Both the position numbers and the translations under genes were made by a program. From the NCBI GenBank assembly GCA_964016885.1, contig OZ024742.1, positions 58,404,001 through 58,468,000 on the forward strand: a DNA stretch of 64,000 nucleotides. The letters run 5' to 3'. The notes under the pieces were generated by a model. The model was not told the DNA's origin. It did not search any database and saw only the letters and a program-made list of their open reading frames with translations. Shown here piece by piece: positions 22,724 to 35,500 of the stretch (its first letter is position 1; every line of letters begins with the position of its first letter). This DNA comes from Eledone cirrhosa. Taxonomy: Eukaryota.

Positions 22724-24044
22724 TGTATATTGAAAAACTGTTCACATGTAAATGTTCTTTTTATTCTTTTGGTTTCAGCCATCATACGGTAACCATGCTG
22801 GAGCACTGCCTTCATTTAGTTGATATCGACTCCAGTACATTTTTTTTTCAAGTCTGGTACTTATTTTATGAATCTGCTTGATTAAGAGACATAAACACAT
22901 AGGCATGTTTGTACACACGCAACTGAGGCTTCTGCCGTTTATGTCTACATAATTTCACTCACAAGACATGGATCAACCCGAGGCTATAGTAGAAGACATT
23001 TGTCTAAGCTGCTATCCAGCAGGACTGAACCCAGAACTACATGATTACCAAGCGAACTTAAACACATAACCATGCTTGCAACTTCATGTTCCAGCCAACA
23101 AGCTGAGGCCATAATGGGGCATGTATATATATGTATATATTATTTTAAAATAAATATTTCAGCAAAATAACTTGCTGTATTTGAGTTCAAATTCAATCCT
23201 AGTTCATATTAACTGTCATCCTTTCAAGTTCGATAAAATAATTATTTCTACTTTTGGCACAAGGCCAGCAATTATTCCAGTGCATTACTGGTACTTTATT
23301 TCATCGACCCCGTAAAAATGAAAGGCAAAGTTACCCTCGGCGGGATAAAATAATACCAGTTTGTACAATACATACCAGGTCAATATTATCAGCTAAACCC
23401 CACAAAAGTTGTGAACTAGCACCAGGAATGGATTGAGTTTGCGTTTTTAGGCACATTTAAAAAAAAGATCTTACTTGTGTGTTTATGAATTCTAAATAGA
23501 GTCAAAATATTCATTGACAAAAACAGACATGATATTAATATAGAAACTCATCATTATGATCTACATTTCCCTTGTTAGCAAGGGTTGGGCAGGTCTTCAT
23601 AGTTCAAGTTAGTACTTAATCAAAGCAACTGAGCTTTTAGATCGGCTGGATGCCCACATCTTGCTTACATATGTTTTCCATATTCTACAGAGTACACTGG
23701 GTACATTTGATCAAGGGCACCAACATTAGGGAAGTTGTCATGTCTGTGACATAACTAAAGAGTCCCCTTGACCCTTTCTTTGGCAAATTTTCTCAGACTG
23801 GATTCCCTTCCTATCACCAACCTACAGTGGATTTTATAGGAATATTGTTTGGATCAATAATAGATTTCCTATTTTGTAGAATTATGTATGATTGAGAGAC
23901 CAGCTAAGTGAGAGCTTTCCAGCCATGTCATTGTAACCAATTTTGCCAATTAATGATCGTTCTGGAACCTTTGTTATTAAAAATATTCCCCAGTTTTTGT
24001 TGGCAGTACATGTTATATTGCAATTGTTATACCTATGGCTTATA

Positions 24045-24241
24045 AAATAATAATTGTTTCTATTTTTAGGCACAAGGCCATCAATTATCCAGTACATTAC
24101 TGGTACTTTATTTTATCGACCCCGTAAGGATGAAAGGCAAAGTTAACCTCGGCGGGATTTGAACTCAGATCATAAAGGGACGTAACTCTATGCTTCAAAG
24201 CTTGGTGTCCGACTCTCTACCGATACTGCCAATCCACCGGC
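24045..24241 (-). mobile_element. tRNA-derived SINE family B (Meta/Sauria-like central domain)
   Basis: Head GTGGATTGGCAG, B box GAGTTCAAATCCC, ACTTTGCCTTTCATCCTTACGGGGTCGATAAAATAAAGTACCAG, (TTA)n tail; partial copies at about 19310, 21880, 23240, 34070, 45645, 48170 and 53750. Confidence 0.8.
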
Positions 24242-24744
24242 TTATAAAATAATTATTTCTACTTTAGACACAAGGCCAGCAATTACCCAGTGCATAAAAT
24301 AATAATAATGAAAATGATTATGTACAGTGTTCAGGTGCACTACAACTCATTAAATAATCATGCAGCATATGTTATACCTATCTAGGGCTTGTTGCATAGC
24401 ATACTATTAAAATAGTTGTTATACTTATGGCTTATTTTTTATAATAGGTGTTATCATCATCACCATGTTTTTGGAACTGGTGCAGCTAATCATTGGGGTG
24501 TCACTCAAGATGCTTTTGTTGTCAGTTGTCACCATTGGTTTATATTCTCTGTCATGAGTAGAAGGGTCCGTGTTGTGACCAGTCAAGTCTTTGATTGTGT
24601 CAGATCAGGATTTTCTTTGCCCTCCCTCAATTGGGTTTTGGACAAGAAGTTGTGGCAGGATACATGATCATACCAGGCAAGCTTCTGTCTTTTCACTGTT
24701 GCAAGGAGTATTTCCTGTTTGACAGCATATTTATGGCTTATTTT

Positions 24745-25130
24745 ATAGCTTACTATTATAATAGCTTAATGTTATAATAACTGTTATACCTATTGATTAA
24801 TGATATCTATGACTTATTAGTAAACTTATATTTTATAATAGCTGTTATACCTGTGACTTGTATACTAATGACATATTGGTAGCTTGTTATAGCCGTTATA
24901 CCTATGGCTTATTGGTAATTTACTGTTATACCTAGGACATATAGTATAGCTTATTGTTATAATAGCTGGTTATAGCTATGTCTCATTATTACCGTACAGC
25001 TATAATTGGTGTTATACCTATGGCTTATAGTTATAATACCTGTTATACTTATAGCATATTGTATAACTCAGTTATATTAGCTGTTGTACCTATGACTTAT
25101 TAACTTACAATTATAGCTTATTTTATGAAC
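24745..25130. repeat. Degenerate minisatellite (GCTGTTATACCTATGGCTTATT...)
   Basis: Recurrent TGTTATACCTATG units. Confidence 0.75.
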
Positions 25131-25884
25131 GTTTTACATTTTATGGTAATAGACTTTGTTTTTACGATCCTTTGAGAATTTTACCACACCCTATCAACTG
25201 TTAACCACTACTTAAAATGATGTGATGCTTGAAAGTTATATGTCAGTCTACATTTGTGCCATATAGTAGATATGCAGTTTTAAAAATGAGCACATGTGGT
25301 TAAGAAATATTTACTTCACAACTATATGGTTTCAGGTTCAATTTCACTGAGCAGTACCTTGGATAATTGGCTTTACCATGACTTTGGCAAACAGAATCTA
25401 TGTAGAAGAGAGTATTCATGTACTTAGATGATATAATTCAGTTTAACAACATCACATAGTCCTCATGAGCCTTTAGAGAAGTCTGCTCTGTTTGAAGCAT
25501 TTAAGCTAAAGGTGTATTTTGAGGTCAACTTCTTCCTACCAGTCTCAATAGCCTTAAAAAGGGACAGAGGCACTGTCCTTCATCCTAAGACTCAGCCATT
25601 AAAAATAATTAACACTTAACCCTTTCATTACCATATTTTTAATGAAAAAACACCATGTCTGATATTCACATAAAAGAATTGGGAAGGATTCAGTAATATA
25701 TGTAACTTTCTCTTTATTAAGCTAGTGTTTTGAGAATCAAATTATGATGGAAGCTTTATAGATAAAAATAAACACTTAAAATAAAGTTTTGTATCATAGA
25801 ACCAGGTAATTTGATAGTGAAGGGGTAATGTAAATAAACTATTATTTGTTTTGTGCTGTTCACTTTCAACTTTTCACGGTCGTA

Positions 25885-27378
25885 AACACAAAAGCCTTCC
25901 CTAGTGAGGAATGTACATCCCAACATAGCTTAGCTGTCAGCAACCTCAGTCAGAACTAGACGAACCTGGAAACAGAGGCCAACCTGGAGAAGAAAGATCT
26001 GGAAGCTGAAAGACCCCTCAACCAGTAACAGATTTAAAGATATTTTACTCAACGCCTACGACAGTAAAGAAGAACAGATAGAGACATTTAATGTAGAAGA
26101 GAACTGGGAGTTCCTAAAAAATAACTTACTAGAGGCGACGGATGAGGTCTGTGGCTGGAGTAAGACCTCAAGCAGGAGGAGAGTGACTTGGTGGTGGAAC
26201 AATAAGGTAGATGAGGCAGTTAAGGCCAAGAGACAGGCATGGAAAGAATGGAAGAACGGGGGGAGCAGGGTACATTACATAGAGACCAAGAGGGAAGCTA
26301 GGCGACAAGTATACTTAGCTAGGAGGGAAGCAGAGGATAGAAAATTCAAGCATGTTTTGCAACGTGAGGACCAGAAACAGGAGGTGTTCAAGATTGCGAG
26401 GCAGTGTGTCAGAGAGAGTTGTGATGTCATTGGAGAGAAGTGTATCCGGAATGATAAAGGTGAGCTTGCCCTCACAAGTGCTGAGAAGAAAGATGCATGG
26501 AAGAGTCATTATGATAGATTACTAAATGAGGAGAATGCATGGGAAGAAGAGACCCTACCCCAAGTAGACCCTATAGAGGGGCCAGCAGTACAAGTCAGCA
26601 GCAACGTAGTAAGTAAGGCAATCAAAGATATGAAGATGGGGAAGGCAACCGGTCCATCGGGTATAGTTGCCGAGATGCTGAAGGCATCTGGGTCTGTAGG
26701 TCACACTATAACCACACGTATTGTTAACCAGGTAATACTAGAAGGTGTCATACCAAAAGATTGGTGCAGTAGCATCATCGTCAACTGCTACAAAGGTAAA
26801 AGTGATGCACTAGATAGAGGAAACTATAGAGGTATAAAGCTGATGGACCAGGTCATGAAAGTAACAGAGGAGATGAATGGCTTGTGAAAGCGGTACAAGC
26901 CATGTATAGGGGAGCAGTCAGCAAAGTTAGGATTAGCAATGAGTATAGCGAGGAATTTAGAGCACTAGAAGTCAATGGAAATCGCGGAGAGGGGAGACCC
27001 AAGATGACCTGGGATGAGATGATAAAAGCCGACCTTACCCAATTACACACGACTGTGACCTCTGGCGTCACGCAGTAATACAGAGTACCCGACCTCCCAT
27101 GGGTACAAGCTGAAGCATATAGACAATATGCCCCCACACCCCTCACCGCAAAAAAAGCACCCAGCCCACACTGTAAAGTGGACGTGTAGGCGCCACGAAA
27201 AAGCACCCAGCACTCACTGTAAATGAGGTTGGTGTTAGGAAGGGCATCCAGCTGTAGAAATCAAGCCAAATCAGTTCCTGTATGAGCAAGACACTGCCCA
27301 CAACAGGACAACCCGACTAACCCATGCTAGCGTGGAAGAACGGACGTAAAACGGTGATGATGATGATGATGATGATGA
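25885..27378 (+). mobile_element. Internally deleted RTE LINE ending in a SINE-like V-domain and (GAT)n tail
   Basis: ORF 26183-26887 TWWWNNKVDEAVKAKR...KATGPSGIVAEMLK...NYRGIKLMDQVMK is homologous to the 42-44 kb ORF; RT core deleted; GRPKMTWDEMIKADL end. Confidence 0.9.
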
Positions 27379-29310
27379 AATTTCATTTGTATTGTTTTTG
27401 TGAATTATTCCTTCTCATAAATTAGATGAGACTTTCAACAGCCATCATGTTCTCTGGCTTCTTTGGGTGGGTTTTGTAGCATGTTAAATGAAGTGATGAT
27501 TTAGTAGAAATCATTGACTCCTGTCACCAGACAAGCAGTGACACTTCTGCTAAGAGTTGCAACCAACAGCAATGGAAACAGTTTCTATCGTCTGATCTGG
27601 AAGATTGATCTCTTTCTTGGATGAGAAAAGGTAGATAAATCTTTTCTTAACCCTTCTCTATTTCTTGGAGACCAAGTACACTCAGTTGACCCTCATGGTC
27701 TGCTTCCAGTACATCGTAGCTGAATCTGAGAAAGAGAAGAATCAACCATACTACTAGATGGGCATTTAACCTCAGCAGGACTTGAGCTCAGAGTACAAAG
27801 TTAAGGTTTTAATGGCATAGGAAGCATATTTCAAAACTGTAAAACCAAGGAAGACCTGGACCTTGGTGGAGATGGTAAGAGCTGATCTCAAAATGTAGAA
27901 TCGCAGAAGAGATAAAGAAATACAACGAATGTAGTGATGTTGTGCTGAAAACAACTCCTCCAATCCATGTAAGAATGGAAAAGCAGGCATAAAATGATGA
28001 TGATGATTTTGGGAGATTAATGTGCTACATAATTTGGTCCAAATTATTTCAAATGAAAGAAAAGCAATTACAAAAGAAAAAAAAAACAATTTTCTTAATA
28101 GAATTTTTTTTTCAATTTAATATTTCATAGAAATTATTTCAAGTAGACTATGATATATATTTGGAAGACAGTTATGTGTAATCAAGTCTGAGATGAGAAA
28201 AAAAAATGACACAGGCTCATATATTTTAATAATGTCGACTCCAAACTAAATTTCAAATTGATATGGACTTTAAAAAAAATGAGGACAAATGTTTAAAATA
28301 TGTATGATCTTATGAAAAACTTTCAGCTCTTCTTATATAGTTTTTTAATCACTTATGATAATGAATTATATATAAATTTGGTTATAGGAGTTATAGAGCG
28401 CTATATCCCCTAGACGTTTTTTCCTCTCAATAGTTGTGATAATACTTTCAAAGCTGTTTACAATATAGAATTTTGATTAACTACAATAAATATATATTTT
28501 AATTTAGTTATAATTTTATCTTTCTAAAACTGCTATTTATATAATTATTATTAATGCATTTAACTGTAGCTTATTAATGTATTTACTGTTTGTATCCAGT
28601 TTAGAATAGGTCACCATATCTCTGCATGTGTTAAGAGGCATTTAAATGGGTTGGTGCCAGGAAGGGCATCTGATTAAAACATTCATAATGAGTATGAAAT
28701 CTGTCATGGAGTCCACAAGGCTGACCCCTATTTTAGCAGGGAAAATAGCCTTAAAACGCTTTTTATGCATTTTAATATATATATGTATATATATATATAT
28801 ATTCTTGTGAGGAAATATAAGTTTGTACATAGGAAAATGGAAGAAGAATTTGAAAAAGAAAAAAAACTTGATAAATAGCAATTCTGTTAAACTTATGATT
28901 CTGATTCTTTAAAATGTCAGTGAAAATTAATTAAGTTACTTTGTTAACATTTGTTCCTGGATACTGACAGGGTGAAGTATTTTTAGATAAACTCTCTGAA
29001 AGTAGATTCCCATCTATTAAAACTAAATGGGGAAACTGATATGTGAATAATGGTATAGGCTGCTGTGATTTTATGGTGTTGTGAGAGAGATATATTACAA
29101 AGCCTAAGATGACATCCTTCATTAGTGCAAGAGGCCTAAACATATCTCAATTGAAAGGCCTCAGAGGTAATTTGATTTATACGCTGCTAAACATTTTTAC
29201 AAATGTTCTTCAAATGTCGTTAACACAACTGAACTGCAATCAACCTCCTTTACATTCACACAAATATATTCAGATATCAAATACTTTTTTTTCTCTTGGG
29301 GGCTGCATAA

Positions 29311-29534
29311 TTAAACTTGGATAAATTCTTCACTTTTCAGTAATGTAGCACTCCACGCATGTATTGGGCTTGTCGGAAATATTTTAATAGGAAGGTCCCA
29401 CACCATAGTTTCCACATTCAGCACTGGAGATCCCTGCCACATGGAACAGCCATCAGCTGCTACAATCTGTTCAGTGTTGTTTATTTTGTTAACTACTGTG
29501 ACAAATTCAAAATGAAGTCTCCATCGAAGACAAA
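29311..29534 (-). CDS. RGP1: RGP1 last coding exon
   Basis: [13 protein letters not shown]...[34 protein letters not shown]; CAG acceptor, TAA stop. Confidence 0.93.
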
Positions 29535-32500
29535 CTGGAAAAGAGATGAAATAATTCAATAAAAACAGATCAAATATTTCAAACAGAAAATGACAATCAA
29601 TCAAGAGAAAACCTAGATGCCCAGTAAGAGACAATTTCCTCTCTACTTCCCAAATCATCAACCAGCCTCATCATTATCACCAGCACCAGCTATAAAATCA
29701 CTGCTGTCATCATCGTTGTCACAACTTCCACCACTTCCAACAATGTTGCCATCATCATCATCACAGTTAAACATCTACTCTCCATGCTTGCATGGGTTAG
29801 ATGGGTTATCACATGACCATGTCTTGCACATACGGAACTGTTTTTGACTTGGTTTCTATGACTGGATGTCCTTCTTAACACCAACCATATTACAGCAGGG
29901 GCTGGATACTTTTTATCATAGCACCAAAGCATGAAAGGCAAAATTGATTTCCACTTCACATGCACAAAATCAGATTAAATGATGAAGTATTTAATCCAAC
30001 TTTCTAACAACTTCACCAGTTCACCACCTAGACATCATCATCATCATCATCATCTTTTAACGTCCATCTTCTACGCTAGCATGAGTATAATCCAAGGGTC
30101 TCAAAAACACAGCCTATAGCAGAACAATTTTTGTGACTAATTACTAATTCACATATCTGACTATCAAATGCATATTTATTTTGATCAAAAAATAAATAAA
30201 TAGGAAACTATCAGCTGTATTGTAGATTAGCATCATAACAGGTGGAAATCACACCTTCCCCCTCGTCCCAAGTTTGGTCCATAGTGACTCTCCCTCAGGA
30301 AGTAATGGCCTCTTTGTCATTTCATTTCATCATTTCATTTTACGTCCGCTTTTTCCCTGCTTGCAAGGGTAGGACGGGAACTGATGCTGGCTTGATTTCT
30401 ACAGCTGGATGCCTTTCCTAACACCAACCTCATTTACAGTGAGTGCTGGGTGCTTTTTTGCTGTGGCACCTGCACGACCACTTTACAGTGGAATGATAAG
30501 GACCTCAGTCCCTATCATCTCATTTCTACAGCTGAGTAAACTGGAGCAATGTGAAATAAAGTGTCTTGCTCAAGGAAACAACACATCACCCGGTCTGAGA
30601 ATTGAACTCACAACCTTTCGATTGCAAGGCCAATGCTCTAACTTTGTGTTCTTGAGTTCTGAAACCTCTAGTATCATCTAGTGCTGTAGCAAGTTTCATT
30701 ATCCATAGCCCCTATCACTGCATTATAAATTATTTTTAAACACCCTAACACATATACTACTACTACATCCTATTAACACTGTCTCTCTCATTCAGCTCAG
30801 ACAAACATCCAGGTATATAAATAACAGCCCACAGCTCTAGTACTACAACAACAACATTGCAATCTCTCTCCCTCAGTTTAGACAAAGATAAAACAACAAC
30901 AAAACCTACCTATATCAGTAATAAAGCCAGGAGTTATAGTAAGGGGTACAGGGATACTGATGTGGGTACGTTGAGTATGAAGGCACATCTCTTGCTGTTT
31001 GCCATAGAATGTGATGGAATTAGGCTGGTTCTTTTTGCGACAACATTCCTCAGCAACACATTCTTCACTCTGCAAGGAAACACTCAGCTGAAACAAAGGA
31101 AGAGAAGAGAGAAAAAGAAATGATTATAGTATCGATTCATTAACATGATAGACAGGGGAAAGGTGATTATATCAACCCCAGTACTTGACTGGTACTTTAT
31201 TTTATCAACACCTGTACTTAATTTATACTTTATTATTTCAATCCCTGTATCTGACTGGTACTTTATTTTATCGACCCCAGTACTTCACTGGTACTTTATT
31301 TTATCAATCCCAGTACTTATATTGATGCCAAATGGTGACAGCCAAATTTGACCTCAGTGGGAATTGAACATTATTAAGCTGGTGTTAAGAATATATCAGA
31401 TGTTCTTACATAAAATTCTGATGGAAGGGTTTGAGATAATATAAATATTTTAAAACAACCAGTTTTTATTGTCATACCTGGGGTGATTTTAAGTGGTTTC
31501 GTATAAAAAAAGGTTTAAAGGCAAAATTGGAACTTCTTAACCTCATGGCCATATAGCTTTAACCCTTTTGATACCAAATCGTACCTTGTTGCACAATACA
31601 AAATTGTTTTAAAGTTTATATATTTATCTAAAAACCTTACATCATAATTTTATGTAAGGGACTTTATTAAGTTATGTTCCAAACACCAGCTTAATAATAA
31701 GAAAGTTAGTTATATTACTAAATATCTGTAAATGATTTGAAAATCAGAGCGAGAGAGAGCATGCTTAAATTTACCTGAACACAAGGTACAGTACCATCTG
31801 AAAAATCAAACACTCCATTAATGTCCTCTCCCAAACGGTAGGCATTTTTAAACAGATGAAAACGGGCAACCTTTCCTCGGACATTGGTGATGTTATAGAA
31901 ACCTGGAGAGAGAGAGAGACAATAAGTTAGTTTCAGTGATGGATTAAGTTTAATTCTAAACAAAGTACCACCATCATCATCGTTTAACGTCTATCTTCCA
32001 CGCTAGCATGGGTTTAGATGGGAATTGTCCCACTTGAGGCAAGATTGGTCGGGTGACCATGTCTCGCTCATAGAGGACTGTCTGGCAGGTTTTGTACGGC
32101 TGGATGCCCTTCCTAACACCAACCACGTTTACAGTGTGGACTGGAAGGTTTTTACCGTGTTACCTACACGGCCACATTACAGCGTGGACTGTGTGTTATT
32201 GTCGTGACACCTACACGACCTCATTTATTTGGGACTGGATGTTGTGGTACCAACATAACTTTACAGAGAAAGGGTGGTGTTGGTGGGAGTGATAAATGTG
32301 TATCATCATCACCAAACTAAATTAATAATGGAAAAAAAAAAAATCAATAACGTGAAGAAGCAAAATTGTCAAATAACATACGTGCAGTTTTCCTGGTAGT
32401 GACAGTGGATAGAACCTGTAATGCCATGTCTAAAATAGAATTCTCCTTCCTGGAATGCTTCAAGAATGGGTTCGTTGGAGCAACATCTACTTCATTTTCA

Positions 32501-35500
32501 TTATAAACACTCGTATCATTTAATCCTTAAAAAGATTATTAATATATTTGAAAATAATCATTTTCCACATTGAACATCATATTGGAGCAAATATATATCA
32601 TCATCATCGCTTAACGTCTATCTGCCACGCTAGCATGGGTTAAATAATAATAATGAAATTATTGTGTAGTGCTCAGGTGCACTACAACTCGTCAAAGGTG
32701 TATGTATAGTACATAGAATAATATACAAATGTCAGGGAAGTGATATACATGTGTGTATGTGTATGGAGGGGGAACATTAGATGTAGTGTTGGTGAATCTC
32801 GGGAAGCATGGAGGTTTTAAAGGATGCAGTGTCTCGACAGCTAACAACCGATGCAGGTAGTTTGTTCCATGCTTCAGCAACTCTGAGTGTGAAAAAATGT
32901 TTCCGAAAGTCATGGGAACTGTGCTGTTTTCTGACTTTGTGGGCATGCCCACGTGTGTTAGACACATGGAAATCAAAAAGGTACTCAGGGTTGTTGTTGG
33001 CAAGATGGTTAACAATTTTGTGGGTGTTAACCAAGTCAGTTGCCAGGCGTCAGAGCTTCAATGTATCCATGCCCATGAGTTTGTCCCATTTGAGGCAAGT
33101 TGGGTCAGGTGACAGTGTCTTGCTCATATATATATATATATAGGGGCAAGTATGGTTGACTAGTTAAGGGGCTTGCTTTGCAACCAGTTGGTTTTGAGTT
33201 CAGTCTTGGAATTTGGTAGATAAAAACACCAGAAGCTCTTTGTATATCTATTTATGTATGTGTGTATCCATGTTTATGTTTGTCTGTTTTATGTTCTCTA
33301 ATTTAACAGCTCAACAAAAAAAAGAAAAGAAAATCAATAAAGTACTAAGGTTAATATGATTGACTAAATGAAGGTGATTCCCCAGCATGGCTGCAGACTG
33401 GAATAGGACAAAGAATAAAAGCGTGTGTGTGTGTGTATATATATATATATGTCTACATATATACATACATAACAAGCATAGAACATGGACGTTAAACGAT
33501 GATGATGATGATATATATAAAGTTATATCTGTGTATATACAGAGTGGGTAACCAGGACTGCACCAATGTGTGAATAAATATACACATTTTTAATACGTAG
33601 ACACATAAACATCCCAGAAAATATAAATTTCCCTGTAAATTGAAAAAAATTATAAACACCTTTGATCGATTTTGAGACCTAGTTGGGCCCTCATTAGAAG
33701 GTGTGTATATCATCCAATCCATCACCGAGATACTTGAATACAAGAGCCAAAAGTCCTACTCTATATGTTTGATGAATGGCTATTGGCTTGTTGAGTTCAT
33801 CTGCACCGTGTAGACAGGTATTGTTTTTATCCAGTCAGGGTGTCCATCCCCCTTGAACACACCAGAGTGAGATCCTAGAATAGGGCTGCTGGTTTAGCTA
33901 GCTATTGGCCTGACCATGAAACAGGTAATGATGGTTCAAATGATTACCATTAACAGATCATTTGATCGAATCTAACTTATGAGCCATGAATAAGACCTAA
34001 AACATTTACTAATTAATGTTCTTGTAATAAGTTTTCTGAAAGAAATTAAACAGCATTTAAGGATGGAACAATAATTGTTTCTACTTTTGGCACAAGGCCA
34101 GCAATTACCCAATGCATTACTGGTACTTTATTCTATCGACCCCGGAAGGATGAAAGGCAAAGTTAACCTCGGCGGGATTTGAACTCTTGGAACAATAATG
34201 ATTTCTAATTTAGGTTCAAGGCCAGCTATGTTTGAGGAAAGGGTGAAAGTCAATTGAATTGATCCTGGTACTTTACTGGTACTTTACTTTATCGACCCTA
34301 GAAGGATGGAAAGCAAAGTTGACTTCAGCAAGATTTGAACTCAGAATATAAAGGGCTGTAACCAAATGCACAATTTATTTTGACTGATACTAATGATTCT
34401 ACTAATCCACCACCCTACAATAGAACCATAATAGGAAGAGGAGTATGTATGGACTCGCAACTCCTGGTGGAATCGTAGGGACAATGTATGTCACTATGGT
34501 GTTTCTTGAGCATTTTTTAAAACTGGCAGAACCCATCTCCTCCCCAGGTCTGAACACAGATTTCCTCCAAAGAAGACGTGAGAGAAAGGAAGTGAGAAAG
34601 AAATATAAAAGAAGAATTGATCTCAATACTGAACTGGTAGTTTTTTCAATGACCTCGAGAAAACGAAAGGCAAAGTTGACCTTCGCAGAGAGCTGGAATG
34701 AATACCGCAAAACATTCTATCTTACATTCTAATGACTTTGCTAATTCGCTGAGGAAGAGGAGTTAACCTACCAAATAGCACCATAACACGAATTGGAATG
34801 CGGAGTAATTTTGTTGGCTGGTTGAGTCTCTGTGTACCAATGGTGATCTTGTAAGAGTATTTGATGGCTTGACCACGATAGGATGGAGGTGAATCTGATG
34901 GCACAATGTCTTTGTATTCATCTGTGAAAAATATAATTAAATAATACTGAAATTAGAGAGCTGATAAAAAGTGGATTGATTGAGATAAGATTGCCAAATA
35001 AAATGTTGTTGATATCATTTACAGCATGCCACTGGTCTGTTATCCAGAAAATACTTTATGGGAAGTCTCCATCATCATCAAGTTAACCTCAGCAAGATTT
35101 GAACTCAGAACGTAAAGAGCCTGGAAAAAATACTACTAGCATTTTGTCCGATGTTCTGATGACAGCAAATTTTGGGAGAAGGATTTAATTGACTCCAGTA
35201 TTTGACAGGTATTTTATTTTATTGATCCTGGAGAGCTGAAAGGCAAAGTTAACTTCAGCTGGATTTGAACTCAGATTATTAAGAGCTAGAAAAAGAAATC
35301 CTAGACATTTTATTCAACATTCTAATGACTATGTCATTCCACTTCCTTTATATCAATGTTAAAGATACACACATTTTTAGGCCATTTTCCCAGAAAAAAC
35401 AGGGACTAGCCATACGAGCATCTTAACAAGCTTCATACTCCTCATGGGGTTGTTTTTTGAGGTAATGTTTTACAGTCAGAAGCCTTTCTTGGTGCCAACA

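Noticed and set aside
27640-27730. Exon-like minus-strand segment after a TCTCTTTCTCAG acceptor
   Set aside because: All frames stop within about 25 codons, with no recognisable homology or donor.
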